A stretch of 64,000 nt of DNA from an uncultured Gemmatimonadaceae bacterium. GTDB lineage: Bacteria; Gemmatimonadota; Gemmatimonadetes; Gemmatimonadales; Gemmatimonadaceae. The stretch lies in assembly GCA_963761305.1 (NCBI GenBank), contig CAVXGK010000002.1, positions 3,008,001 through 3,072,000 of the forward strand. Direction: 5' to 3'. Shown here piece by piece: positions 9,853 through 20,569 of this stretch (the stretch's first letter is position 1; each line of letters begins with the position of its first letter). Made by a program: the position numbers and the translations under genes. The notes under the pieces were generated by a model that did not search any database, was not told where the DNA came from, and saw only the letters and a program-made list of their open reading frames with translations.

Positions 9853-11145
9853 GTGACCGATTCGACGCTCGCCGTCGCCCCCGAATTGGCCGTCGCGCGC
9901 GGCTCGTGGTTGCGGACGCTTACGACCGCCGAGCGCCGGGCTCTGCTCGCGGCCGGGCTCGGTTGGATGTTCGATTCGATGGACTTCCTGATCTACGTCC
10001 TCGCGATCGGGCGGCTCAAATCGTACTTCGGCTTCGGCGACGCCACCGCCGGCCTATTGGGCACGCTGACGCTGGTCAGCGCGGCGGTGGGCGGTTTGTC
10101 GTTTGGCGTGATCGCCGACCGCATCGGCCGCGTGCGGGCGCTCAACATCACGATTCTCATATACTCCATCTGTTCGCTCGGCGCGGCGACGTCGCAGAGC
10201 GTGGTGCAGCTCGCGATGTGGCGCGCGCTGCTCGGCATTGGCATGGGCGGCGAGTGGGCCTCAGGGGCCGTGCTGGTCGCCGAGTCGCTGCGACCGGAGC
10301 TGCGCAACAAGGCGACCAGCGCGGTGCAGTCGACGTGGGCGCTCGGCGCGATTCTCGCCGCGGTCCTGGCCGGCCTCGTGCTCGACGTGCTCCCGTTCGG
10401 CGACCAGGGGTGGCGCGTGCTGTTCGCCCTCGGCGCCTTGCCGGCGTTGTTCACGCTCTGGGCCCAGCGGAACGTCGAGGAGCCGGAGATCTGGCGCGCG
10501 TCGCGCCGTTCGCCGCACGCGTCGACGAATCCGTATCGCGTCCTCTTCGGCCCCGAGCTCCGGAAGCGCACGCTGTTGGCGTGTCTCCTGGCGTCGTTGC
10601 TGCAGTTCGCGTACTGGGGATTGTTCTTCTGGCTCCCGAACTTGCTCGCGTCGCCCATCGAGAAGGGCGGCGCCGGCATGACCGTCGTGAAATCGACCGG
10701 CTGGTTGATCCCGATCCAGGTCGGGGCGTTCATTGGATATCTCTCATTCGGTCCGCTGGCCGACAAATTCGGCCGCCGCCGGGTGTTCGCGACGTTCGTG
10801 TGCGCGGCGGCGGTCCTGGTGCCGGTGTACGGGCAGCTCGTTCATCACCCGACGCTGCTGTTGCTTCTCAGTCCCGTGCTCGGTTGCGCGGGCCACGCCT
10901 ATTGGAGCGTCGCCGCGCCGCTCATGTCCGAGCTGTTTCCGACCGCGGTGCGCGCCAGCGGCCAGGGGCTCGGCTACAACTCGGGCCGTCTCCTCGGGGC
11001 CCTGTCGCCCTTCGTGATCGGCGTGCTCGCCACGGTACCGCACATCGGCATCGCCTCGGCGCTCAGCCTCACGTCGGCATTCTATCTCGCGGCAGCCATC
11101 GTTGTGTTCGCGCTGCCGGATCAGAGTCGGGCCGCGCTGAACTAG
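9853..11145 (+). CDS. MFS transporter (aromatic acid/sialate-type)
   Basis: GWMFDSMD, GVIADRIGR, GIGMGGEWASG, ELFPTAVRASGQG. The GTG start at 9853 is approximate. Confidence 0.9.
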   Translation: MTDSTLAVAPELAVARGSWLRTLTTAERRALLAAGLGWMFDSMDFLIYVLAIGRLKSYFGFGDATAGLLGTLTLVSAAVGGLSFGVIADRIGRVRALNITILIYSICSLGAATSQSVVQLAMWRALLGIGMGGEWASGAVLVAESLRPELRNKATSAVQSTWALGAILAAVLAGLVLDVLPFGDQGWRVLFALGALPALFTLWAQRNVEEPEIWRASRRSPHASTNPYRVLFGPELRKRTLLACLLASLLQFAYWGLFFWLPNLLASPIEKGGAGMTVVKSTGWLIPIQVGAFIGYLSFGPLADKFGRRRVFATFVCAAAVLVPVYGQLVHHPTLLLLLSPVLGCAGHAYWSVAAPLMSELFPTAVRASGQGLGYNSGRLLGALSPFVIGVLATVPHIGIASALSLTSAFYLAAAIVVFALPDQSRAALN

Positions 11146-11177
11146 GGTGCTAATCCGAGGCCCTTTATCGGCCTCGC

Positions 11178-11448
11178 AAACTGCTAACGGCAACTGCTTC
11201 GACGCAGAGACGCAGAGAGAAAACCACCGAGGCAGCAGAAATCTTTGTGCAACGGGCCGGAATCTTTGGGGAACGGCCGCTCGGGAAGCTTCGCGACGAC
11301 ATCAAGCTTGCACTGCCGCGGCGAAGCGTCCCGAGCGGATTTCACAAAAACATCCCGGCTCGTGGCGCGACCAACGGTCGGTTGAGCCTCTGCGTTCTCT
11401 CTGCGTTCTCTGCGTTCTCTGCGCCTCTGCGTTGAAGCAGTTGCAGTT
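11178..11448. repeat. Nested palindromic intergenic element, family A (copy 2)
   Basis: Outer arms caactgcttcgacgcagagacgcagaga / tctctgcgcctctgcgttgaagcagttg; inner arms ccgctcgggaagcttcgc / gcgaagcgtcccgagcgg. Lies between convergent genes. Confidence 0.85.
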
Positions 11449-11480
11449 CCGACGATCAGGGAACCATTCTTCGCTTGGAG

Positions 11481-11921
11481 CTATTTGCCTGGCACCGCCG
11501 CGATGCACTCGATCTCCACTTTCGCCGCGGGGCTCACCAGTGCGGCAACGGCGACGGTCGATCGGGCGGGCGGTTCTTTCGGGAAGGCCTGCGTGTAGGC
11601 GCTGTTCATGCCGGCGAAATCCTTCACGTCGGCGAGGAACACGGTGCATTTGAGGACGTCGGCCATCGTCGCTCCCGCCGCCTCGACGACCTTCTGCACG
11701 TTTTCCAGCGCGCGCTTCGTCTGTCTTTGAATCGTGCTGTCCGGCGCGTCGCGCGACGTGCCGAGTTGTCCGGACACGTACAGGATGTTGCCGTACCGGA
11801 TTCCGGGTGTGAGCGTGGCGGTCGCATTCATGCCGGGCGCGGTCACCGATTGCTTCTGCGCGAACAGCGACGCAGGCACGACGAGCGCGGCCAGGAGAGC
11901 GGCGGAGTTGACGAATCGCAT
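11481..11921 (-). CDS. RidA/YjgF family protein with N-terminal signal peptide
   Basis: Last 146 aa of ORF 11481..13055, ATG at 11921. LYVSGQLG, VLKCTVFLADVKDFAGMN, PPARSTVAV and KVEIECIA motifs. Confidence 0.9.
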   Translation of the reverse strand: MRFVNSAALLAALVVPASLFAQKQSVTAPGMNATATLTPGIRYGNILYVSGQLGTSRDAPDSTIQRQTKRALENVQKVVEAAGATMADVLKCTVFLADVKDFAGMNSAYTQAFPKEPPARSTVAVAALVSPAAKVEIECIAAVPGK

Positions 11922-11995
11922 GAGAGCCTCGCGGCGAACGGTGGATGAGAGTCGCCGCAATCTCCCTTGGTCTGACGGCCCGCGGAAGGGTCCCG

Positions 11996-13588
11996 CTATT
12001 GTCCGCTCGGAACCGGCGTCGACTTGAACACGGTGTCGCGTTGATAGACGTCGGTCGCGAAGTGCAGGTCGCCGTCGCGCGCGTACGCCGTGAAGTACAC
12101 GATGTACACCGGCAGCCGCTGCGGCAGCGTCACGGCCCGGTTGTCTTTGCCGCTCTCCATCGCGGCCGTCACGCTGTCGGCCGTCCAGCCGAGCACGAAT
12201 TCGGCCAGCGAGTCGGGATGCTGCACGCGAATGCAGCCGTGGCTCTCGGCGCGCACGTTCTTGCCGAACAACGATTTCTCGTTCGTGTCGTGCAGGTAGA
12301 TGTTGTAGTCGTTCGGGAAGAGGAACTTCACGAGCCCGAGCGAATTGCGTGGGCCGGGGCGCTGGCGCAGCACGCGCGAGCCGTCTTCCTTCGCCCACTC
12401 CATGTCGTTGCGGCGGAGGTACGTCGTGTCGGTCTTGAGCTTGGGAAGAATCTCTTTCTTGATGATGTCCGGCGTCGGCCGCCAGTACGGTCGAAACACG
12501 ACGGTGCGCATGACGTCGCTGAACACCGGCGTCGACTTTTCCTTGTAGTCGGCGCCGACGATCACTCGCATCGACAGCGCGCGCTGGCCGGAGTCGTACG
12601 CGTCCAGCCGAAACGACGGCACGTTGACGTACACATAGCGCTGGCCGAGCGCGCGCGGCAGCCAGCGATGTCGTTCCATGTTCGTCGCGATCTGCGCGAT
12701 CCGCTCTTCGACCGGAACGTTGAGCGCGGCGAACGTCGCCTTGCCGATCTTTCCGTCGGGGGCGAGGTCGTGCCGCTCCTGCCACTGTTTGAGCGCCGAG
12801 ACCACCGAGTCGCCGTGAACGGCGAAGCCCTCCGCCTCGAGGCGCGCGCGCAACGCGTCTCGGCTCGCGCCGGCGACGACCTCCTCCCAACCGCCATGCG
12901 CGGCGAAATCGCGGTATTTCGCGTAGTCGCGTCGCAGCACGGCGTATTCGGAATCCTGCGGCGCCATCTGCTCGAGCCCGACGCTCATCGACGAATCCTC
13001 GAGCGTGTTGACGAGCGCGGAGTCCACGGCCGCCGGTCGCGCGGGGATGTACCACGACTGCGACACCGTCCGTGGATCCACCTGTCCGACGAGCATGTCC
13101 GACGCATAGCCGACGTACGCCGCGGTGAGCAACACGTCGGCGTTGGCGATGTCGCGCGCGGTCGCGCCGCTGTCGATCTTCTTCGCGTCCACCACGCGGT
13201 GGATCGAATCGATCGGGTAGCGATCCGTCTTGAGCGCGTGGGACGCCGCGGAATCGAGCGCCGCGAGCAGCGCGGTTGCGCGTTCTTTGACGCCGCCCGA
13301 CTGGACCCAGACCGGCGCGTCGGAGTAGTGGGCGTAGAGCGCCTGCACTTTCTGCCAGCGGTCCGGCGTCACCCAGCTCGGCGCCGGCTCGCTGTCGACG
13401 CGCGCCGTGATCGCGGCCTGCACCATCTCGGCGGAAACGCCGGCGACCCGCGCGACTTGTTGGGGAACGTACTTGCCCGGCGGTGCCTTGGGCGTTGGTT
13501 CTCGCCCGCAGGAGACGACGACCGCGGGAGTGAGCGCCAGCACCCCCGCCAGCAACGCATGCGTCGCTGAAACCACCTGTCTATGCAT
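11996..13588 (-). CDS. L,D-transpeptidase (YcbB/LdtD-like) with peptidoglycan-binding domain, probable lipoprotein
   Basis: NMERHRWLP, VNVPSF, GPRNSLGLVKFLFPN, IYLHDT and catalytic SHGCIRV. Confidence 0.93.
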   Translation of the reverse strand: MHRQVVSATHALLAGVLALTPAVVVSCGREPTPKAPPGKYVPQQVARVAGVSAEMVQAAITARVDSEPAPSWVTPDRWQKVQALYAHYSDAPVWVQSGGVKERATALLAALDSAASHALKTDRYPIDSIHRVVDAKKIDSGATARDIANADVLLTAAYVGYASDMLVGQVDPRTVSQSWYIPARPAAVDSALVNTLEDSSMSVGLEQMAPQDSEYAVLRRDYAKYRDFAAHGGWEEVVAGASRDALRARLEAEGFAVHGDSVVSALKQWQERHDLAPDGKIGKATFAALNVPVEERIAQIATNMERHRWLPRALGQRYVYVNVPSFRLDAYDSGQRALSMRVIVGADYKEKSTPVFSDVMRTVVFRPYWRPTPDIIKKEILPKLKTDTTYLRRNDMEWAKEDGSRVLRQRPGPRNSLGLVKFLFPNDYNIYLHDTNEKSLFGKNVRAESHGCIRVQHPDSLAEFVLGWTADSVTAAMESGKDNRAVTLPQRLPVYIVYFTAYARDGDLHFATDVYQRDTVFKSTPVPSGQ

Positions 13589-13684
13589 CGACTCGCAAAT
13601 TAATGGATGGCGCTCGGGCGCGGTGCGGCGAGCGATGCGAAGATCGGCCGAACCGCTGCCGAAGACGATTTCGGACGGCCGGCG

Positions 13685-14263
13685 TCACGCCAGCGCGGCG
13701 AGGACCTCTTGCGTCGAACGCACGCGTCCGAGCCGGACGAAGATGTTCTTCACGGCAAACGTGTGCGCGGCGCCGTCGAAGCTCGCCATCGCGTCTTCGG
13801 CAAAGACGATCGCGTAGCCGCGTTCCCAGCCGTCGCGCGCCGTCGATTCCACGCCGAAGTTGGTCGAGATGCCGCACATCACGAGCGTCGTGATGTCGCG
13901 CCGTCTCAACTGCAAATCCAGCTCGGTTCCATAGAACGCACCCCATTGGTGCTTCGTGATGTGGATGTCGCGCTCGCCCGCGCCGAGTGTCGGCGACAGC
14001 ACGTCCCAACCGTCCGGGCGTGGGCCGCGCGGCATCTGTTCGTCGCTGGGCTGCGAGAGCGCGTCCGCGCCGTCGGCGGCGAACGAGACGCGCACGAGCA
14101 CGACGGGTGCTCCCTTTTCGCGAAATCGCTTGCACATCGTTGCCGAACGTTCGAGAACGTCCGCGCTGGTGTGGGGCGCCGCGGGGCGTCCGAGGATTCC
14201 GGCCTGGAGGTCGATGACGACCAGCGCGGTCTTGGCGGCGGTGAGTTCGAGATGCGTGGTCAT
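13685..14263 (-). CDS. Isochorismatase-like cysteine hydrolase (YecD-like)
   Basis: TALVVIDLQ, TKHQWGAFYGTELD, GISTNFGVESTAR. Confidence 0.92.
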   Translation of the reverse strand: MTTHLELTAAKTALVVIDLQAGILGRPAAPHTSADVLERSATMCKRFREKGAPVVLVRVSFAADGADALSQPSDEQMPRGPRPDGWDVLSPTLGAGERDIHITKHQWGAFYGTELDLQLRRRDITTLVMCGISTNFGVESTARDGWERGYAIVFAEDAMASFDGAAHTFAVKNIFVRLGRVRSTQEVLAALA

Positions 14264-14408
14264 TGGGCGGATTCAGATGAGCGTGGTCCGTTCACACTAC
14301 TCGAGGTCCGACGGCGCGCCAAGATAGGGGTCGATCATCACACTCTGACGTTCTCGAAGGTTGACGACTGCGCGTCCGCGGGCGAGCATAGGCGTCGATG
14401 GAGCCTCG

Positions 14409-15803
<1,395 letters not shown>

Positions 15804-15810
15804 ACTGCGG

Positions 15811-15920
15811 GTGGACCGGTGGACCGGTGGGCCGCTGGACCGGTGGGCCGGTGGACCGGTGGACCGGTGGACCGGACGGATCGAAGACCTCTCGCTGTTC
15901 ACCCGTCCACCTGTCCACCC
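15811..15920. repeat. 8-bp tandem repeat (ggaccggt)n with a short inverted copy
   Basis: About 8 imperfect units at 15811-15875, then complementary gtccacc units at ~15897-15920. Confidence 0.8.
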
Positions 15921-15927
15921 ACTAAAG

Positions 15928-15999
15928 AGGCGCGGGCCGGAATCGAACCGGCGAATAGCGGTTTTGCAGACCGCTGCCTTACCACTTGGCTACCGCGCC
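15928..15999 (-). tRNA. tRNA-Cys (GCA), CCA not encoded
   Basis: Reverse complement GGCGCGGTAGCCAAGTGGTAAGGCAGCGGTCTGCAAAACCGCTATTCGCCGGTTCGATTCCGGCCCGCGCCT has a 7-bp acceptor stem, GCA anticodon, TTCG T-loop and U73 discriminator. Confidence 0.97.
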
Positions 16000-16191
16000 G
16001 ACCTACGGCCAAACCGCGCCGTTCGGGGCCTTCAAAAGTAAGCATTCCGGCGGGCGGGCGGGAGATTTAGACCCTCGGTACGGCCCGGCCGGGGTTCGGG
16101 CACGACGGGCCACGACTGAAGCCGAGAAAATGGAAACGCAGCCCAATTTTGGCTCGCGCGTTATCGAAGCTCGATCGCGGCGATGAAGTGG

Positions 16192-16277
16192 CGTTCAGAG
16201 CTCGTTTGCGCGCACCACTCGAACGCCGACGATCGGAACGATTCGCGCGTTGCCGCTCGCCGACTGGAAGCGCACGG
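16192..16277 (-). repeat. Duplicated 3' end of the GH127 gene (direct repeat of 17164-17249)
   Basis: 83 of 86 nt identical to 17164-17249. Encodes VRFQSASGNARIVPIVGVRVVRANEL*. Confidence 0.92.
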
Positions 16278-16482
16278 GCGTTTACAACTCGCCTCATTAG
16301 GACTGGTATGCCCCTGCTCGACGTGATGAGCTATACGCGGCATTCGAGCCTTGAGATGCCGTCGATCTATTATCAGCGACTCGAAAGGGGAAGACACTGC
16401 CGACGTACCACGAGGCGTTCAAAGACGAGCACAATGAAACGCTGCGGACCGCGACAGTCCGTTACGTTTTGCACTCTTCGTC

Positions 16483-16878
16483 GTGAATGCTTCAACAGAG
16501 AAAGAGGCGCAATTGCGAACTTTCTTTTCACTGGCCTCAGCGATTGTCGGCGCATTCTTTTTCAGCGAACTGGTGAGTGAGCTTGCCGACGCGGCGACGG
16601 GCGCTGGGCGGTCCTCCCTCCTCGAAGCCGGTTCATTCTCGATCGTTTTCTTGATCATCTTGGCGATCATCGCTGTGATCGCCTTCTTCTGCGCCCTTAG
16701 GATACGCGGGGCCACGTGGGCGATTGTGCTGGCTTGCGGCGTCATGACGGCCCTAGCGGCGTTCCTCGCGTTCATTTTTCATGATTCCCGCATCGGAATC
16801 GTGGCGGCGTCTTCGCTCGTACTGACGTTCGTGATGCACCACCTTGGACGCGTAAGGACCGACGCCTCCCTTCGCTAA
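16483..16878 (+). CDS. Hypothetical membrane protein (about 4 TM helices)
   Basis: 131-aa ORF with four hydrophobic stretches, in visibly AT-richer DNA between the direct repeats. Confidence 0.6.
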   Translation: MNASTEKEAQLRTFFSLASAIVGAFFFSELVSELADAATGAGRSSLLEAGSFSIVFLIILAIIAVIAFFCALRIRGATWAIVLACGVMTALAAFLAFIFHDSRIGIVAASSLVLTFVMHHLGRVRTDASLR

Positions 16879-17012
16879 CCGTTGTGCGGCTAGGCGCGCG
16901 GAAGAGCTTCCAATCAGGCCATTTCGCGTGGCCGAGTGTCCCGCTATCCGGCGTTACCGCCGGGTCGGGCTCGGGGCCGCCACAGGCCACGATTGCAGGG
17001 CAAGAAGATGGA

Positions 17013-17113
17013 AACGCAGATGCCGCAGATGAAAAGGGCGATCCCGCAGACTACGACCCAGGGGCCGTTTTCAACCTGCGGCATTGCCGTTCAAGATCTG
17101 CGGCATCTGCGTT
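17013..17113. repeat. Palindromic element, family B (copy 1)
   Basis: Perfect 18-bp inverted repeat aacgcagatgccgcagat / atctgcggcatctgcgtt, with inner ccgcag/ctgcgg arms. Confidence 0.88.
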
Positions 17114-17166
17114 CAATTCTGCCTCGCCCCGCCTCCACAATTCAATCGAGGCGACGAATTCCCCGT

Positions 17167-19680
17167 TTAGAGCTCGTTGGCGCGCACCACTCGAACGCCG
17201 AAGATCGGAACGATTCGCGCGTTGCCGCTCGCCGACTGGAAGCGCACGGTGATCTTCGATTTTCCCTGCGCGAGATTCGCCGGCACGTCGTAGCGCGCGT
17301 CGAAGAATCCCGTCGCCGTTCGATTCGCTTCGTATCGTCCGATCGACGTGCCATCGACGTCGATCTCGAAATTGCCGAGCGCCGGCGGCAGGCCGATTTC
17401 GTTGAAGTACGTGACGACGATTGCCGTCGGCGACGCGGGATTCACGGCGAGGTCATACGAGAACCAGCCCGTGCCGGCGCGCGAGGGTCGGCCGTTGGTG
17501 CGCGCGACCGGCCGATCGGCGGGATCGCTCTTGTAGCCGAAGTTCGGCTCGGCTTGTTGGTCGCCGGGGCGAATGTAGGCGACGGTCGCGGCCTCCATGC
17601 GCCGCACACGTTCGCGCTCCGCCGCCAGCGCTGCGACGCGCGCGTCGAAGTCGCTTGGCGTGACGACGTCGAAATAGACGCTGTACGTGCGCTCGTGCGT
17701 TCGATAGAACGGCGTGAGCGAAACGTCTCCGGCCTGCGCCGGCTGCGTGATCGACCGCGCGACCTGTTTGACCTGGAAGTCGCCCTGGCGCGCTCCGGGT
17801 AGGACCCACTCGCTAGTGGAACGCTCGGCGGCGACGAGGAAGGGCGCCGGTTGTCCCGGCGCGCCTTCGCCACGCGACTCACGACGCGCGCCGAGGTCGC
17901 CGGCCAGCACGAGCGGACCCCACATGATGGCGGCGACGCGCTTGTCGTCCGGTGTCGGCTCGAGCCGCACGGTCTTGGGCAATGTGAGCTCGACCGTGTC
18001 GCCGTCGTTCCACGTGCGCGAAATCTCGACGAACGACCCGGCTTGCGGCAGCGAATCCTCGTTGCCCATCAAACGGCCGCCGGCCGCGCCGGCGCGCAGA
18101 CTCGCGAGCGGCGGAACGTCGACCGGCGTGCCGTTCACTTTCACGGTGAATCCGTCGCCGGCCCACGCCGGTCGGCGAATCGTCAGCGTGAACTTCGCCG
18201 GTTTGGGCAGCGTGAGCGCGAGCTTCGCCGAATCGCCGTCGGGGAATGTCGTCTCCTGGGCAACACGCGCGCCGGCGAGTTTGAACTTTGCCGTCGACGG
18301 CATGAACAAGTTTACCCACAGCGTGTCGTCAGACTCGTAGTAGACGCCATAGCCGTGCAGCGCGTGATTCTCCATGCCGGTGCCGACGCAGCAGGTGAAG
18401 CTCTGCTCCATGTTCTGGTATTCCTGCTGCACGCCGCGTCCGACGGGCACCATGTACGACATGCGCGCGTTGGCCGGGTCCATCGACGCCAGCACGTGGT
18501 TGAACAACACGCGCTCCTGAAAGTCGGCGTAGAAGGGATCGGGCCGGAACGAGAACAGCCGGCGCGTGAGCTTGAGCATGTTGTAACAGTTGCACGACTC
18601 ACACGTGCGGCCGTCGACGCGCGAGCCGAGTTGGTCGGCGGGCCCGAAGTATTCGGCGTTGCCCTGCCCACCCGTCGCGTACGTGTGGTGCTCGACCGCG
18701 CGGTCGAAGAACGTCGACGCGGCGAGAATGTCGCCCGTGTCGCCCGTGTAGCCGTAGCGGGCGGCGGAGCCTATGAGCTTCGGGATCTGGCAGTTCACGT
18801 GCTTGCCGGCGAGGTTGTCCTGCCCGCGCTTGAGCGCGTCGGTGAACGCGCGGTGCTCGAACCGGTACGAGAGGTCGAGCCAGCGTTTGTCGCCGGTGTC
18901 GACGTAGAGATCGGCGAGCACCTCGTTCATGCCGCCGTGCTCGGTGTTGAGCATCTTCTGAATCTGCGCGTCGGTCAGCGGCGCGAGCACGCCCTCGGCC
19001 CACGCGGCGAACTTCGTCTCGACGACGAGCGCCGTCTTGTCGCCGGTGAAGCGGTACGCGTCGCGCAGCCCGGCGTACGTCTTGTGCAGCGTGTACCACG
19101 GCGACCAAAGACCATTGAGGTCGAACGCGGCCGAACGAATCTCGCCGCGTGACAGCGCGGCGAATGACTCGCGGCCGTTTTCCAGCGCGCTCAAGTAGCC
19201 GTCGCCGTTCTTGTCCTGCACTTCCTTCAATTCGCGCACGATGTAGGTCGCGCGTTCCTTGAACCGCTCATCACCCGTCGCCGCGTACATCAGGCTCACG
19301 GCCGAGAGGTGGTGTCCCGCGATGTGACCGGTGAGATTCCGTCCGCCGCCGTCCCAACCCGCGTACGGTTGACCCTTCTGCGCGAGACCGGCGCGCACCC
19401 TATAGAAGGCCAGCATGCGGTCGGGTTCGAGCGACAGCAGATACTTGGCGTCGGCGTCCTGCGCGAGCTTGGCCGGCCCGCCCGTGACGCGCACGTCGGT
19501 CAGCGGAACGGGTCGCGCTCGAAGAAGTTTGTCTTCGATCTCTCTCGCGGGGCCTGCGACCTCCGAGCTGTTTGGCGCGATCGTCTCAGCGCGCGATTCG
19601 TGCGTGAGAGGACCGAGCGTGAGCGCGGCCGCGGCTGCCGCGGAGGTCTGGAGAAAATCGCGACGATTTTGAGGGCCCAT
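17167..19680 (-). CDS. Tat-exported GH127/GH146-type glycoside hydrolase (beta-L-arabinofuranosidase-like)
   Basis: MGPQNRRDFLQ Tat motif (ATG 19680); GHIAGHHLSA, PWYTLHK, EHGGMNE, CESCNCYNMLKL and FTCCVGTG motifs. Confidence 0.9.
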   Translation of the reverse strand: MGPQNRRDFLQTSAAAAAALTLGPLTHESRAETIAPNSSEVAGPAREIEDKLLRARPVPLTDVRVTGGPAKLAQDADAKYLLSLEPDRMLAFYRVRAGLAQKGQPYAGWDGGGRNLTGHIAGHHLSAVSLMYAATGDERFKERATYIVRELKEVQDKNGDGYLSALENGRESFAALSRGEIRSAAFDLNGLWSPWYTLHKTYAGLRDAYRFTGDKTALVVETKFAAWAEGVLAPLTDAQIQKMLNTEHGGMNEVLADLYVDTGDKRWLDLSYRFEHRAFTDALKRGQDNLAGKHVNCQIPKLIGSAARYGYTGDTGDILAASTFFDRAVEHHTYATGGQGNAEYFGPADQLGSRVDGRTCESCNCYNMLKLTRRLFSFRPDPFYADFQERVLFNHVLASMDPANARMSYMVPVGRGVQQEYQNMEQSFTCCVGTGMENHALHGYGVYYESDDTLWVNLFMPSTAKFKLAGARVAQETTFPDGDSAKLALTLPKPAKFTLTIRRPAWAGDGFTVKVNGTPVDVPPLASLRAGAAGGRLMGNEDSLPQAGSFVEISRTWNDGDTVELTLPKTVRLEPTPDDKRVAAIMWGPLVLAGDLGARRESRGEGAPGQPAPFLVAAERSTSEWVLPGARQGDFQVKQVARSITQPAQAGDVSLTPFYRTHERTYSVYFDVVTPSDFDARVAALAAERERVRRMEAATVAYIRPGDQQAEPNFGYKSDPADRPVARTNGRPSRAGTGWFSYDLAVNPASPTAIVVTYFNEIGLPPALGNFEIDVDGTSIGRYEANRTATGFFDARYDVPANLAQGKSKITVRFQSASGNARIVPIFGVRVVRANEL

Positions 19681-19732
19681 GCGGATCAGTCTGTGGCCCG
19701 CACGCCGCGACCGCAAGCCAGGGCGTCGACGA

Positions 19733-20569
19733 CTATTTCGTGCCCGCCGCCACGGCGATGATCGGAGCGGTCGTCGGCTGCGGCGAGCCACCCGACGCCT
19801 CTTCGGTGACCGCCACGGCGCTCAGCGAATCGCGGGCGAGCGCGTACGTCGCGCGGACGACGGCTTCGCCGCCCTGCGGATCGAACGTGCCGGCGCTGAT
19901 CTTGGCGCCCGCGGCGGTCACGAGCCACAGCTGGTAGGTGCGTCCAGGCTTCAAGTTGGGCATGTCGTGCGCGACGAACGTCCACGTGTTCTTGGTCTTG
20001 TCCCAGAACATGCGAGCGAAGGGCGCATTGGCGCCGCTCTTGGTGAGCGTCATGACGGCGACGTCGCGACCGGTGATCGCCGCCAGCATGTTATCGCGCG
20101 CCAGCATCGCGACGCGCAATGAATCCGTGGTCCGCTGCGCCGCGGCGACCCGCGCTGCCTGGCCGCTCAACGATTCGCGCAGCACTTGCCGATCGCGCAG
20201 AATGAACGCGAGCACGGCGACGCTGGCGACGAGCATGACGCTGGCCGCCGCCGCGACCCACTCGGCGCGCCGCCACGCCAACGAGCTGATGACGAGCGAC
20301 CGGTCGCGGATGATCTGCTTTTCCGCCTCGGCGCGCGCCATGAGACTCGAACGAATGCGCTGGCGGCTGGCGCCCGCCGTTCCCAGCGACGGCGTGGCCG
20401 CGTAGGCGAGCTGCGCCGCCGTCGCGTGGAGCGACGCCAGCTCTTCGCGGCACGGAATGCACGTCGACACGTGCGCGACCACCGCTTCGCGCTCCGATGC
20501 GTCGAGGGCATCGAGCGCCAGGGCATCGAGCGCCGCGAACGCTTCGTCGTGCGTCATCTCGCGGCTCAC
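19733..20569 (-). CDS. Anti-sigma factor (RskA/anti-sigma-K type)
   Basis: N-terminal HxxxCxxC zinc motif (HVSTCIPC), one TM helix, and YQLWLV...SAGTF...AVAVTEE...GSPQPT RskA domain. Confidence 0.9.
   Translation of the reverse strand: MSREMTHDEAFAALDALALDALDASEREAVVAHVSTCIPCREELASLHATAAQLAYAATPSLGTAGASRQRIRSSLMARAEAEKQIIRDRSLVISSLAWRRAEWVAAAASVMLVASVAVLAFILRDRQVLRESLSGQAARVAAAQRTTDSLRVAMLARDNMLAAITGRDVAVMTLTKSGANAPFARMFWDKTKNTWTFVAHDMPNLKPGRTYQLWLVTAAGAKISAGTFDPQGGEAVVRATYALARDSLSAVAVTEEASGGSPQPTTAPIIAVAAGTK

Noticed and set aside
11481..13055. 524-aa RidA fusion; similar over-long ORFs at 38623..40440, 39642..41684 and 46887..49385
   Set aside because: The upstream parts overlap other real genes. 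Internal starts with signal peptides explain the true proteins.
15928..16280. tRNA-Cys as the att site of a prophage or island
   Set aside because: No duplicated tRNA fragment or integrase was seen. The duplication involves the GH127 3' end and lies on the tRNA's 5' side.
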